This document shows positions 50,563-59,481 of a DNA stretch of 64,000 bases, piece by piece (position 1 is the stretch's first letter; every line of letters starts with the position of its first letter). Location: the IMG/VR virus record IMGVR_UViG_3300045049_000270. One strand, given 5' to 3'. A model generated the notes under the pieces. The model did not search any database. It was not told the DNA's origin and saw only the letters and a list, made by a program, of their open reading frames with translations. Source of the DNA: a virus. Lineage: Duplodnaviria > Heunggongvirae > Uroviricota > Caudoviricetes. The translations under genes were made by a program, and so were the position numbers.

Positions 50563-50916
50563 ATGAAGACCATTGTTTCAATTACCCATAAAAATCCACT
50601 ACTAGAAAATATCCAAAATTTGGACGCAGTAAAAACTGATGAATATGCTGGATTCGTTTATATGTGGCGATGTATTCCTGAAGACAAATTTTATATTGGT
50701 AGCCACAAAGGTAAAGTCACTGACGACTATCGTGGATCTGGTAAATTATTCAAACAGATATTCGAGCATTATGGCATCACTCAATTTGAACGCATTATAC
50801 TAGAATATGTTGCTGATGAAGATGTATTGAAAGTACGAGAGCAATTTTGGATGACCAAGTTTAATGCGGTGGTATCTAAACGCTTTTTGAATTCAAAGAA
50901 CGCCAAACGCACATAA
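50563..50916 (+). CDS. GIY-YIG endonuclease domain protein
   Basis: GFVYMW...KFYIGSHKG...REQFWMTKFNA matches the GIY-YIG catalytic motifs (GIY / YIG / R...FW..ELN). Confidence 0.6.
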   Translation: MKTIVSITHKNPLLENIQNLDAVKTDEYAGFVYMWRCIPEDKFYIGSHKGKVTDDYRGSGKLFKQIFEHYGITQFERIILEYVADEDVLKVREQFWMTKFNAVVSKRFLNSKNAKRT

Positions 50917-51071
50917 AATGACTGTATTTGAAATAAGTGCCATTCGTCTGGAACAAATGCTTCAGCGGTCCTTGATTTATTATAAGGAAATCATGACACC
51001 AGAAGATATTTTTCAACTGGATCAAGTACAACGACGAATAAAAGGATACAAACAAGCGTTGAGTGATTTTT

Positions 51072-51590
51072 TCAACGATAAATCCTAACCCCTTTAATTG
51101 GTGATTCCGGTTCTTGCTTGATAACGACACCGTGACGTTTGGCGAGTGATTCTTTATACGCAACCATATACTGACTCTTTGTCATCACACCAGTAATTGG
51201 TAAATCTGCTAGGCGATGATCCACGGTCCTGCAGAATGTACTTTCAATCCAGACACCACCGGTTTCTGGAAACCAGACCAAGGTGTTGGTTTTCAATTCA
51301 ACCGCCATTTTGCTAGATGCTTGAATGAAGATATCACCGCCTGTCCACATTGCAGCTTGACCCATTGAATCAGGTGTGTGACCCATTGTTACACCAAGCA
51401 TTTCAACACCTTGAGCCTTACGGATGTTTTCGTATTTCAGCATCTTTAATGCAGTCTTAAACCATGGCAATGGGGTATCAGCCGCATCAATCTCTTCATC
51501 AGTCATCGAATCTACTTTGGCAACTAATTCAGCAATTGCTGGTTTTACCTTTGCTTCGTATTCCAAATAGCCAAGTAATGGATGTTTCAT
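51072..51590 (-). CDS. hypothetical protein (minus strand); weak resemblance to the C-terminal half of a metallo-beta-lactamase fold
   Basis: GHTPDSMG ... TGGDIF; start near 51590 with GAGGG RBS. Confidence 0.35.
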   Translation of the reverse strand: MKHPLLGYLEYEAKVKPAIAELVAKVDSMTDEEIDAADTPLPWFKTALKMLKYENIRKAQGVEMLGVTMGHTPDSMGQAAMWTGGDIFIQASSKMAVELKTNTLVWFPETGGVWIESTFCRTVDHRLADLPITGVMTKSQYMVAYKESLAKRHGVVIKQEPESPIKGVRIYR

Positions 51591-51618
51591 AAACCCTCAC
51601 TATAAATGTCTGGTATTT

Positions 51619-51981
51619 ATGAGCTTGCGTATGACATATGATGAAAGTATAATTGTTGAAAATGATTATGAGTTCATTATGAAAACACTGATTCGTAGAC
51701 ATAAGCATTATCGGATAAAACTTTGGCTTGATCTTTACGGATGGTGGGATGCCGTAATTCGTGACAATCGTACGAATAGATGGTACACCTTAAAAACAAC
51801 TTACAGAAGCCTTGATGCTGCTCTGGAAGAAGTACAGGAAACGTTCGAATCGATTGAATTAAAACCTTACAGTGTGCGTATGTACAGTACGGGAAAACTC
51901 GGTAATAATCATTCATTCACTATCAAATACAAACCGCTCAAGTCAAGCAAGTCAACACGTTTTCGACTTTATCGCAACTGA
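51619..51981 (+). CDS. hypothetical protein (120 aa)
   Basis: ORF starting immediately after the divergent minus-strand gene. Confidence 0.4.
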   Translation: MSLRMTYDESIIVENDYEFIMKTLIRRHKHYRIKLWLDLYGWWDAVIRDNRTNRWYTLKTTYRSLDAALEEVQETFESIELKPYSVRMYSTGKLGNNHSFTIKYKPLKSSKSTRFRLYRN

Positions 51982-52059
51982 TCTGGCAAGATTCACTTGC
52001 AAATTGGCCACCTTGAAGCTATCATTCGCCATATCTAGAATGATTTCGAGGAGCCAACG

Positions 52060-52731
52060 ATGGCAACCCACCAGAAGCTCGTAACACCTGAAGTCCTTCA
52101 TTACGAAAAGTTGAAGATGGCTCTTCGTTATCAGTTGATGGGACGAGCTTCTCGTGATTCTGTTTGGTACGTTGCAATCAAGGCACTAGACCTTGGCCTC
52201 ATGTATCATACGGGTTTTCGCAAAGACGGCAAAACACCGGAATTCCAGCACCAGATCGAAATTGCGCTGTATCTCCTGACCATGGAGAAACTGTTGATCG
52301 ATGCGCCACGCACGATCGCTGATGCTCTGCTTCATGACCTAGGTGAAGATTACGGTCATCAAATCAGCTTCGAAGAAATTGGCGAGCAAACTGACAAAAT
52401 CATCGAAATTGATTGTCGTCTACTTGCGAAAGAATACCGTGGTGAAAGGAAAACCACAGATGAATACTTTGAACCACTGGCCGGTAATTTCCGTGTGTCA
52501 GTTGTGAAAGGCAGCGATCGCGTGCATAATATGCGAACGATGGCTGGTGTGTTCAAGCTGGAAAAGCAAATCAGTTACTGCGATGAAACGGAAGAACATT
52601 TCTTCCCGTTCTTGAAAGCTGCACGGCGCAATTTCCCTGAACAAGAACCAGTTTACGAAAACATTAAATTCAACCTTACAACTCAGCTACGAATTTATCG
52701 TAGCGTAAACGCTCAAGGCATTGCAGCATGA
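52060..52731 (+). CDS. small alarmone hydrolase: (p)ppGpp hydrolase HD domain (SpoT/Mesh1-like)
   Basis: HQIEIALYLL, ALLHDLGEDYG, RVSVVKGSDRVHNMRTM parallel the RelA/SpoT hydrolase motifs (LLHDvvED; ADRLHNMRTL); GAGGAGCCAAC then ATG. Confidence 0.7.
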   Translation: MATHQKLVTPEVLHYEKLKMALRYQLMGRASRDSVWYVAIKALDLGLMYHTGFRKDGKTPEFQHQIEIALYLLTMEKLLIDAPRTIADALLHDLGEDYGHQISFEEIGEQTDKIIEIDCRLLAKEYRGERKTTDEYFEPLAGNFRVSVVKGSDRVHNMRTMAGVFKLEKQISYCDETEEHFFPFLKAARRNFPEQEPVYENIKFNLTTQLRIYRSVNAQGIAA

Positions 52732-53450
52732 TTCTTACCGCAGCTGAAGAGAGCCTATTGAAATTGGCTCTTACGATCGACATCAATTGTCTGGAGAAGA
52801 TGCTGGCTGGTGAATTGGCACGGCGTTATCCTGATGGTGAGTTTTACGAATACGATCCGAGCACTGACCGTCAATGGAAGTATAACTCGAGGATGAGTAC
52901 AAGGTGCGGTTTCAAATATAAATTTGAACGTGACGGTCAAAGCTATAAAGCTGAAGTTGTTATCGCAGCTATATCACAAAGCACCAAAAACATCAACACA
53001 CATATGGGCATTAGTTTTTGTGGCTTCAACAAAAGCAACAAACCTTCAATTACCAACATTAGTCAAGGACATACTAGATTTTGGTGTGCTGACGCGTTTT
53101 GGTGTGCTGAAGGATGCTCTGATGACGTGTATGCCATAAAACTTGGTGACACGATAAGAACGGTTTTCACCAAGTTTGAAAAAGCAGAGAATGAAATCCC
53201 AGCTTATTTGGAAAAGCTTGATCAGCAAAGGGCTGAAGCTGAAGAACAACGTGCTAATTTACGGGTTCAACGAAGTTCTGCACGAGATCGAAAGAAACAA
53301 TTGGTGTTTCAGAATCACAATGTCACATCAACACCAGAAACAGAACTACTGTTCAAGGTGTTGAGTAGGCTGAATAATGAAAAAGCAATCAGCAAAGCAT
53401 TCGGTGAGCTATTGCCATTGATTGGGGGTAAAAATGGCCAGCAAAGCTGA
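52728..53450 (+). CDS. family-B tandem paralog 1
   Basis: N-terminus AAEESLLKLAL; C-terminus KAFGELLPLIGGK; ATGA overlap. Confidence 0.5.
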   Translation: MILTAAEESLLKLALTIDINCLEKMLAGELARRYPDGEFYEYDPSTDRQWKYNSRMSTRCGFKYKFERDGQSYKAEVVIAAISQSTKNINTHMGISFCGFNKSNKPSITNISQGHTRFWCADAFWCAEGCSDDVYAIKLGDTIRTVFTKFEKAENEIPAYLEKLDQQRAEAEEQRANLRVQRSSARDRKKQLVFQNHNVTSTPETELLFKVLSRLNNEKAISKAFGELLPLIGGKNGQQS

Positions 53451-54117
53451 AGCCTCACTTGTCAAAGTAATCCTTTCCTATAACCTAAACGACCTTGAGA
53501 AGGCGTTCTGTAAAGCGTTGGCGTCCCGTAATCCTCAAGGATCGTTCAAATTACACAAAATCAAGGGAAGTGGTAAATCGATTTCAAAGGTTGTCGAAGA
53601 AGGTGATTCACAACTCTCTTTCACTTACACGTTTGATGCCCCTAGTGGTAAACAAGTGCGCATCACCGCAGAAGTAGCAGGATTTTCTGGTAGTCTAATA
53701 TTCAGCATCAAGAGATATGGTTATGTTGATGGGCAAGCATTCACGGAAAGCTTGCCACATTACGATTTCCATCTGCAGGTTTGGGAATCAATAATTCCTG
53801 GTACATCTTTGGGTGAATATCAAGGGCTTATTAGCACGATGCTTAATAAAATTCGATTAGCTGAAGAACATGATATAGAAGACGTGATCGCAGTAGCCAG
53901 CAGCAATGCTAAAACACGTAAAATCAAGACCGAGCAACGCAAAAACGCTCGTACACTGAAGTCAATAAATTTGAAGCAACAAGTCTTCGAGAAGTACAAT
54001 ATTCACATCACTAGGCCCCCAGCCAATATTGAAACCTTGTACGAAGCAGTTAGTAAGCTTGGTACCTTTGACAAAATCAGTGAAGCATTTGGCAAGATTT
54101 TACCACTTCTGAAGTAG
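53434..54117 (+). CDS. family-B tandem paralog 2
   Basis: MASKAEASLVKVIL ... EAFGKILPLLK. Confidence 0.5.
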   Translation: MASKAEASLVKVILSYNLNDLEKAFCKALASRNPQGSFKLHKIKGSGKSISKVVEEGDSQLSFTYTFDAPSGKQVRITAEVAGFSGSLIFSIKRYGYVDGQAFTESLPHYDFHLQVWESIIPGTSLGEYQGLISTMLNKIRLAEEHDIEDVIAVASSNAKTRKIKTEQRKNARTLKSINLKQQVFEKYNIHITRPPANIETLYEAVSKLGTFDKISEAFGKILPLLK

Positions 54118-54185
54118 AAGTCTGTTTCTTTGTGTTAGCAAATGTTATACTTGCCGCACAACGCCTGACAACTTAAAAATACAAA

Positions 54186-54818
54186 ATGGCAAAGAAACAT
54201 GAAACAGCATTGCTGGCACTGATTCTATCAGGTGCCGAAAAAGGCAATCAATATCTCTTCCCAGTTCTAAAAGAACTAATCAAGCATCGTGATTTCATAT
54301 TCAGTATAGCCCCCGAAGGGGACGAAACGCCGCTCCACGGATTCGATCAGAATTCTGGGTTTGAAGAAGTGAAATTCAAGTATCAATTCAATTATAATGA
54401 TGCCAAGTACACATTGAATGGTTCATTGCATGCCATCAATTACGACGAATACGAAGCTAAAGTTGAAATGATACTTGATGTACTAAAGATTGGTAAACAG
54501 TCATATCGACCAGTACGTTATAGTAGATCAGTTTACGGCTGTCTAGATGATTTGCTTGAAGCCTCAGAAATAGCCAATGTCAATTATATTGGAATGATTG
54601 ATGAATTTGAGGATAAAACAAAACGCTTTATTGATTATGTTCTCAAGATTGAAGCTGAAGAAATCCAACGCAAACAAACTTGGATTAAGGCATATAATCT
54701 GAAGGATAATGAAGATTTTAAATTAGCATTTGACATAGCCACCAAATACGAACGACAAAAAACCGCGCAGGAAAAGCTCTTTAAGAAGCTTGTGACCTTG
54801 CTAAAAGCCTCAATCTAA
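54186..54818 (+). CDS. family-B tandem paralog 3 (divergent)
   Basis: MAKKHETALLALIL ... KLFKKLVTLLK. Confidence 0.45.
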   Translation: MAKKHETALLALILSGAEKGNQYLFPVLKELIKHRDFIFSIAPEGDETPLHGFDQNSGFEEVKFKYQFNYNDAKYTLNGSLHAINYDEYEAKVEMILDVLKIGKQSYRPVRYSRSVYGCLDDLLEASEIANVNYIGMIDEFEDKTKRFIDYVLKIEAEEIQRKQTWIKAYNLKDNEDFKLAFDIATKYERQKTAQEKLFKKLVTLLKASI

Positions 54819-54826
54819 TAATAACC

Positions 54827-55555
54827 ATGGCATCAAAAACTGAAGGTGATTTGCTCACTGCCGTACTTACTTCTTCTTTCACAATCGACGCTGACTTGAA
54901 GTATTTTGCTCAACAATTGGCGGAAAAACATACTGGTAAATTCAAGTTCATCAATCCCGATCAGGACCAGCCTTGGAATAATAATATTTGTGAAGTATTG
55001 ACGTTCACAACAAAGCTGTCATATTACGATCGCAAAAAGAAAGAGAAAGTTCCGATCAATGTTACTCTAAATGTAAGAGTATCAAATAAACCGTATTGGG
55101 GCCCTGGTAGAAATCCGAACTTTCGCCAATTAATCATAGTAGCAATTCGAGCTGGTTTCAAAGACGGCCAACATTTCTACGAAGGCTCAGATTCATGTTA
55201 TTACGCCGGACATACCAGTGTGTCATACACGTTCAAATCAGAAAAGCGTGACGAAATCGATTTGGATGCTCTGTTTAAAGAACTAACCACCAATGTTGCA
55301 AGAGAAATCAAGGATGCTGAAAAAAGAATAGTTGATAAAAAAATCCGAGAAGAAAAAGAGAAAGAACGCTTGCGAAAGATGAAAGAAGACATCCTAGCAA
55401 GTCATGGTTTCGTTGAAAATGAAATCGTGAACTGGGCATATGATATGATCTTTCGATCATACGGTTGGCATGGTAAGCGAGTGGTTAAACAGCAATTCGA
55501 AACATATGCCAAATTGCTGAAAGGTGATCCGTACAAAGCGGATGAATCAAAATAA
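54827..55555 (+). CDS. family-B tandem paralog 4
   Basis: MASKTEGDLLTAVL ... charged coiled-coil middle. Confidence 0.45.
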   Translation: MASKTEGDLLTAVLTSSFTIDADLKYFAQQLAEKHTGKFKFINPDQDQPWNNNICEVLTFTTKLSYYDRKKKEKVPINVTLNVRVSNKPYWGPGRNPNFRQLIIVAIRAGFKDGQHFYEGSDSCYYAGHTSVSYTFKSEKRDEIDLDALFKELTTNVAREIKDAEKRIVDKKIREEKEKERLRKMKEDILASHGFVENEIVNWAYDMIFRSYGWHGKRVVKQQFETYAKLLKGDPYKADESK

Positions 55556-55556
55556 G

Positions 55557-56189
55557 ATGATAACAACTAAATCGACAAAAGCTGAAAAGAGCTTGCTTAC
55601 TGCCATATTAAAGAATACCGGTAAACCCATGTCTGAAGATCAGAAATGGGTGGTAACTGAAATTGCGAAGATTCGTGATTCTGCTTCATTTAGATTGTCT
55701 CCATCACATCGTGGTGTTGATTGCTATGTCCGTTATACATTCAAACACGAAGACGATACGATTGATGTTGTCCTACGCGTGAATGTATTTGCTAATGGTA
55801 TGATTGAAGTCAAATCAACGCGAGCTGGTTATCGTGGTGGCTACCATTATACAGAATATGATCGTTTCTTTTCTCATTGGAACCTCCAGCGTCGATTCAC
55901 AGTAAAGAATTTAGGTGATTTCCCGCCATTCTTGGAGATATTTGAAAAGAATATCATTCAAGAGCTTAATTCTGCTGAATCTAAAAGAGCGAATGAAGAA
56001 GCACGAAAAGTAAGCAAAGCGGCAAAAATTGCCGAACGACATCAAATTTTGAAAGACTCAATCTTGAAACAATATAACATGGTTGATTCAGTAGAAATTT
56101 CGCAATGCTTTGATACGCTTACATCGTTAGCAATTCCTGATGGCAAGATTAAGAAGGCATTCACGGCATTACTGCCATTAATCAAATAA
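55557..56189 (+). CDS. family-B tandem paralog 5
   Basis: TKAEKSLLTAIL ... KKAFTALLPLIK. Confidence 0.5.
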   Translation: MITTKSTKAEKSLLTAILKNTGKPMSEDQKWVVTEIAKIRDSASFRLSPSHRGVDCYVRYTFKHEDDTIDVVLRVNVFANGMIEVKSTRAGYRGGYHYTEYDRFFSHWNLQRRFTVKNLGDFPPFLEIFEKNIIQELNSAESKRANEEARKVSKAAKIAERHQILKDSILKQYNMVDSVEISQCFDTLTSLAIPDGKIKKAFTALLPLIK

Positions 56190-56299
56190 AGTTTCATTGT
56201 AGTGTGCCAACAACAGGTATGTGGTTTGCCAGTCTTTGAAATTGGCTGGCATCGTGTATCATGCATGGCGTTACAAAGTTAACATTTTTAGGAGGCAAT

Positions 56300-57070
56300 G
56301 TGTCAGCTGAACCAAAACCGACAAAGCTCGCCACTGCTCTCAAGTATGGTCTTGCAATCGGTGCCGTAGCTGTGTTTGAGCCGGTTCTCGTCACCGCCGC
56401 TCAGGGCGTGGTTGCTCTGGGGGTTGCGATTGTCGGCGGCTTGGCCATTGTGAACTTCGCACCGTGGGTTGAGATGAAGTTCAGGAACTTGGGACTTAAG
56501 GCAATCAAGCATGAAGCAAAAAAGAACCCGGTCGAGACCCTTCAAAACCAGTGGATCGACAAGCATAAACAGCTTCAAACGCGTGCCGAAAAGGTAACGC
56601 TTTTCAACACGGCAACTCGTACTTTTGCTGACAAGGTCGCTGGATATATCAAGAAGTACCCAGAAGATGCACAAATGTACACCAATCAGCTCAACCAGAT
56701 GAAATATGCGCTGGGCAAACAGCTGGCGGGTTTGCGACAGGGGGCAAAAGATCTTGATTCGCTGCGTGATTTGATTAGCATCACTGCCGACAAGTGGGAG
56801 ATGGCACAAGCGGCTATTGCTGCAAACGAAGCGACGGCCGAATTCGAACAACTTGATCCAATCGAATTCATGAAGCAGCAAACGGCATTGCAATCAGTAC
56901 AAAATGCGGTCAATCAATCATTCGCGCAGCTTGATACGGCTATCGCGATGGATTACAAGACGATTGATGTTACGGTTGAAGATATGCCAACAATGTTGGC
57001 ACTTGCCGATAATCCAAGCCAAGTTCTTAATCAGCTTGGTCAGATTAACGTTCAACGCACAACCGTTTAA
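56300..57070 (+). CDS. membrane-associated protein (start uncertain)
   Basis: AGGAGG RBS then GTG; two N-terminal TM helices then a long helical region. Confidence 0.45.
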   Translation: MSAEPKPTKLATALKYGLAIGAVAVFEPVLVTAAQGVVALGVAIVGGLAIVNFAPWVEMKFRNLGLKAIKHEAKKNPVETLQNQWIDKHKQLQTRAEKVTLFNTATRTFADKVAGYIKKYPEDAQMYTNQLNQMKYALGKQLAGLRQGAKDLDSLRDLISITADKWEMAQAAIAANEATAEFEQLDPIEFMKQQTALQSVQNAVNQSFAQLDTAIAMDYKTIDVTVEDMPTMLALADNPSQVLNQLGQINVQRTTV

Positions 57071-57081
57071 GGAGTGGCGAG

Positions 57082-57276
57082 ATGAAATTTCGTTTGATTT
57101 TTAGCGCACTTGCCATTATCGTGGCTGTCGGTATGTTCATGCTGAAAGGCGGCCTCTCCTCTAGTTCGGTGACTCCGATTGCACAATCACAGACATCGAC
57201 TGAAACTCAAGCTACCCCTACGCCTGCGCCACAAGATAATGGCATGAGCAATTTTTCGATCAACAACCGCAACTGA
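57082..57276 (+). CDS. small secreted/TM peptide
   Basis: AAGGAGTGGCGAG then ATG; signal-like FRLIFSALAIIVAVGMF; Ser/Thr/Pro-rich tail. Confidence 0.35.
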   Translation: MKFRLIFSALAIIVAVGMFMLKGGLSSSSVTPIAQSQTSTETQATPTPAPQDNGMSNFSINNRN

Positions 57277-57302
57277 TTTACAACTTCAAGGAGAAGATTT
57301 AC

Positions 57303-58220
57303 ATGAAACGTTTCATCGCTAGTCTCGTCGGCTCGCTGACAGCACTGATCCTCTTTTCATCGGTTGCTCAAGCGCAGTCGCTGGTGGTTGCAACGGGCGA
57401 TCCTAAGCTAACATACTCGACGATGTTCAAGGAACTATCGGGCCGATGCCAGAGTGTTTCACTGCGTGAGGTGAATTCTAATGGCTCGAATGCAAACCTC
57501 GACATGCTCGAACAGAACAAAGTGAACGCCGCGATCGTGCAAACTGATGCTCTATTCTGGCGTTCGCGATCGGAAGATGATCTGAACAATGTTCGAACCC
57601 TGTTTACTTTGTATCCAGAAGAAGTCCACTTCGTCGCTCGAGCAGATGGCGTGCATGAAGGTGGGGTGAGCCTCGGTGGTTTCTCGATCGGTGGCAAGCA
57701 AGTGATCTTCAACAATATTGGTGACCTGAATGGTCACAACGTTGGCGCCGTCGGCGGATCAGCATTAACTGCTGAAGTGATCAAAGCGTTGACCAAGATC
57801 AATTACAACATCGTCAAGTTCTCGTCAAACGACGAAGCCTCGAAAGCGCTACAAGCTGGTAATATCGACGCGTTCATTGCTGTCGGTGGAGCACCGCTCT
57901 CGACCGTCGCAAATCTTGATCAACGCTTCAAGCTGCTCATGATCACGCCACAGCAACAAGGTATTCTGGCTAAGGTTTACAAGCCTGCACGTGTCAGCTA
58001 TGGTAACCTTGGGCAGCGTGGTGTACCGACGGTTGCTACGGAAGCTTTGATGGTCTCGCGTGTTTACAGTTCGGCTCAGATGCTCGATGGTCTGAAGCGA
58101 TTCCGCCAGTGCGAAGTACAAGCGCTACCTGATCTTAAGGACACTGTTGGAACGCACCCGAAGTGGCAAGTGGTCGAAGCAGGCAACAAGGGTTTGTGGA
58201 CGTTCTACGACTTCAAGTAA
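57303..58220 (+). CDS. periplasmic substrate-binding protein, TAXI-type TRAP transporter receptor-like
   Basis: signal peptide ...SSVAQAQS; SBP-like sequence; AAGGAG RBS; terminator at 58242. Confidence 0.5.
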   Translation: MKRFIASLVGSLTALILFSSVAQAQSLVVATGDPKLTYSTMFKELSGRCQSVSLREVNSNGSNANLDMLEQNKVNAAIVQTDALFWRSRSEDDLNNVRTLFTLYPEEVHFVARADGVHEGGVSLGGFSIGGKQVIFNNIGDLNGHNVGAVGGSALTAEVIKALTKINYNIVKFSSNDEASKALQAGNIDAFIAVGGAPLSTVANLDQRFKLLMITPQQQGILAKVYKPARVSYGNLGQRGVPTVATEALMVSRVYSSAQMLDGLKRFRQCEVQALPDLKDTVGTHPKWQVVEAGNKGLWTFYDFK

Positions 58221-58241
58221 ACCGTTAGTTTTCAACAACGC

Positions 58242-58265
58242 AAAAGCCCCGAAAGGGGCTTTTGC
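58242..58265 (+). terminator. rho-independent terminator
   Basis: AAAAGCCCC-GAAA-GGGGCTTTTG. Confidence 0.75.
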
Positions 58266-58315
58266 CATATCAGTTATGCTATCATATATTATAGGATCAT
58301 CAATCCGAGGTGAAT

Positions 58316-58759
58316 ATGCTTGAACGATACGCTATCAAAACCATTAAATGGCACCAGAATACGGATTCTAGTCTCGAAGACGATGAAGAATACATTGCAT
58401 TCTTGTCCCAATATTACAACCTACGTAAAGACACGGATGCGTTTATGGGCGGGGCAAACAGCAATTGCTTTTCATTGCACGATGCCATCGTTAAGGATTT
58501 TTCGTCACGACGGATTGTGAATGATTACTTGATAAAGTTCAAAGTAGATGCGTTTCATTACTATGACTGTCATGAAATTGGTTACAAGAGAATGGTTTTC
58601 CAACTAAAAACCAAACAATCAATGCGTGAATTGTCAAGTGTTGAAATATTCGACTTCATGATTGACTGTAACGCCAAACAAGTGTTATTCATGTTTCATC
58701 GTAATCATCGGCTGACATATCTAATTGTTGATTATGAAACTTTCACAATTGAGCAATAA
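58316..58759 (+). CDS. hypothetical protein
   Basis: GAGGTGAAT then ATG. Confidence 0.45.
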   Translation: MLERYAIKTIKWHQNTDSSLEDDEEYIAFLSQYYNLRKDTDAFMGGANSNCFSLHDAIVKDFSSRRIVNDYLIKFKVDAFHYYDCHEIGYKRMVFQLKTKQSMRELSSVEIFDFMIDCNAKQVLFMFHRNHRLTYLIVDYETFTIEQ

Positions 58760-58797
58760 TATGACAACGATTGACGATAGAATACGAATGATATTGC

Positions 58798-58857
58798 TTG
58801 ACTTGTTACCAAATGAATGTATTATTTGATATATGGTGAACAACACAACGGAGGTTT
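58798..58857 (+). promoter_or_regulatory. family-P promoter cassette
   Basis: TTGACT-N16-TATTAT; ACCAAATGAATG; TTGATATATGGTGAACAACACAACGGAGG. Confidence 0.6.
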
Positions 58858-58859
58858 AA

Positions 58860-59099
58860 ATGGCTGCTCAATATGAAAGTAGTATTGACTTCACAGAAGA
58901 TTTCGCTGATGCATATAAGAAACTAACCGATGCAGTGAAGTTGTTGAACAAGCCAGAGATGCTTGAATGGATGAAAGCAACGGACCAGAATTACGGTACG
59001 GCTTGCGAAGGTAAGTTGATTTCTCTCATTCGCTATGAATTGCCACATATTGTGTACCATTTCGATATTCTTTCAAACGAAATCGATAGCGCAGTCTAA
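58860..59099 (+). CDS. hypothetical protein (79 aa)
   Basis: family-P promoter at 58798; CGGAGG RBS; terminator at 59121. Confidence 0.45.
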   Translation: MAAQYESSIDFTEDFADAYKKLTDAVKLLNKPEMLEWMKATDQNYGTACEGKLISLIRYELPHIVYHFDILSNEIDSAV

Positions 59100-59120
59100 A
59101 CTGATTACAAGCTATGATAG

Positions 59121-59144
59121 AAAGGGCTAAATGAGCCTTTTCTG
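59121..59144 (+). terminator. rho-independent terminator
   Basis: AAAGGGCT-AAATG-AGCCTTTTCTG. Confidence 0.6.
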
Positions 59145-59178
59145 CCATACCATTGTGCTATAATACGAAATCTCTCAT

Positions 59179-59373
59179 GTGGTTATAATAATGAACAAAG
59201 AAAAATTATTCACGATTCTATATACTCTGATCTGGTGTCCTATCATGTGCGTGATTTATGGCCTTGCTCTAGCTTATGATAAGATTCCAACGAATTTCCT
59301 GTTTCTTGTGTGGTCTGGATGGTTCTTCGCATTGTGGCTACCATTGATTGCGAAAATGATTTTGGAAATCTAG
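59179..59373 (+). CDS. small membrane peptide
   Basis: two hydrophobic helices. Confidence 0.3.
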   Translation: MVIIMNKEKLFTILYTLIWCPIMCVIYGLALAYDKIPTNFLFLVWSGWFFALWLPLIAKMILEI

Positions 59374-59481
59374 ACGTTGTTAAAGCAATCCCAGATGAAA
59401 TAAATATTTCAAAACAAAATTGGCACGGGCATTGTATAATAGATGTCTGTGCCATTTGCCAATTATTTTCTGGAGATTGTC

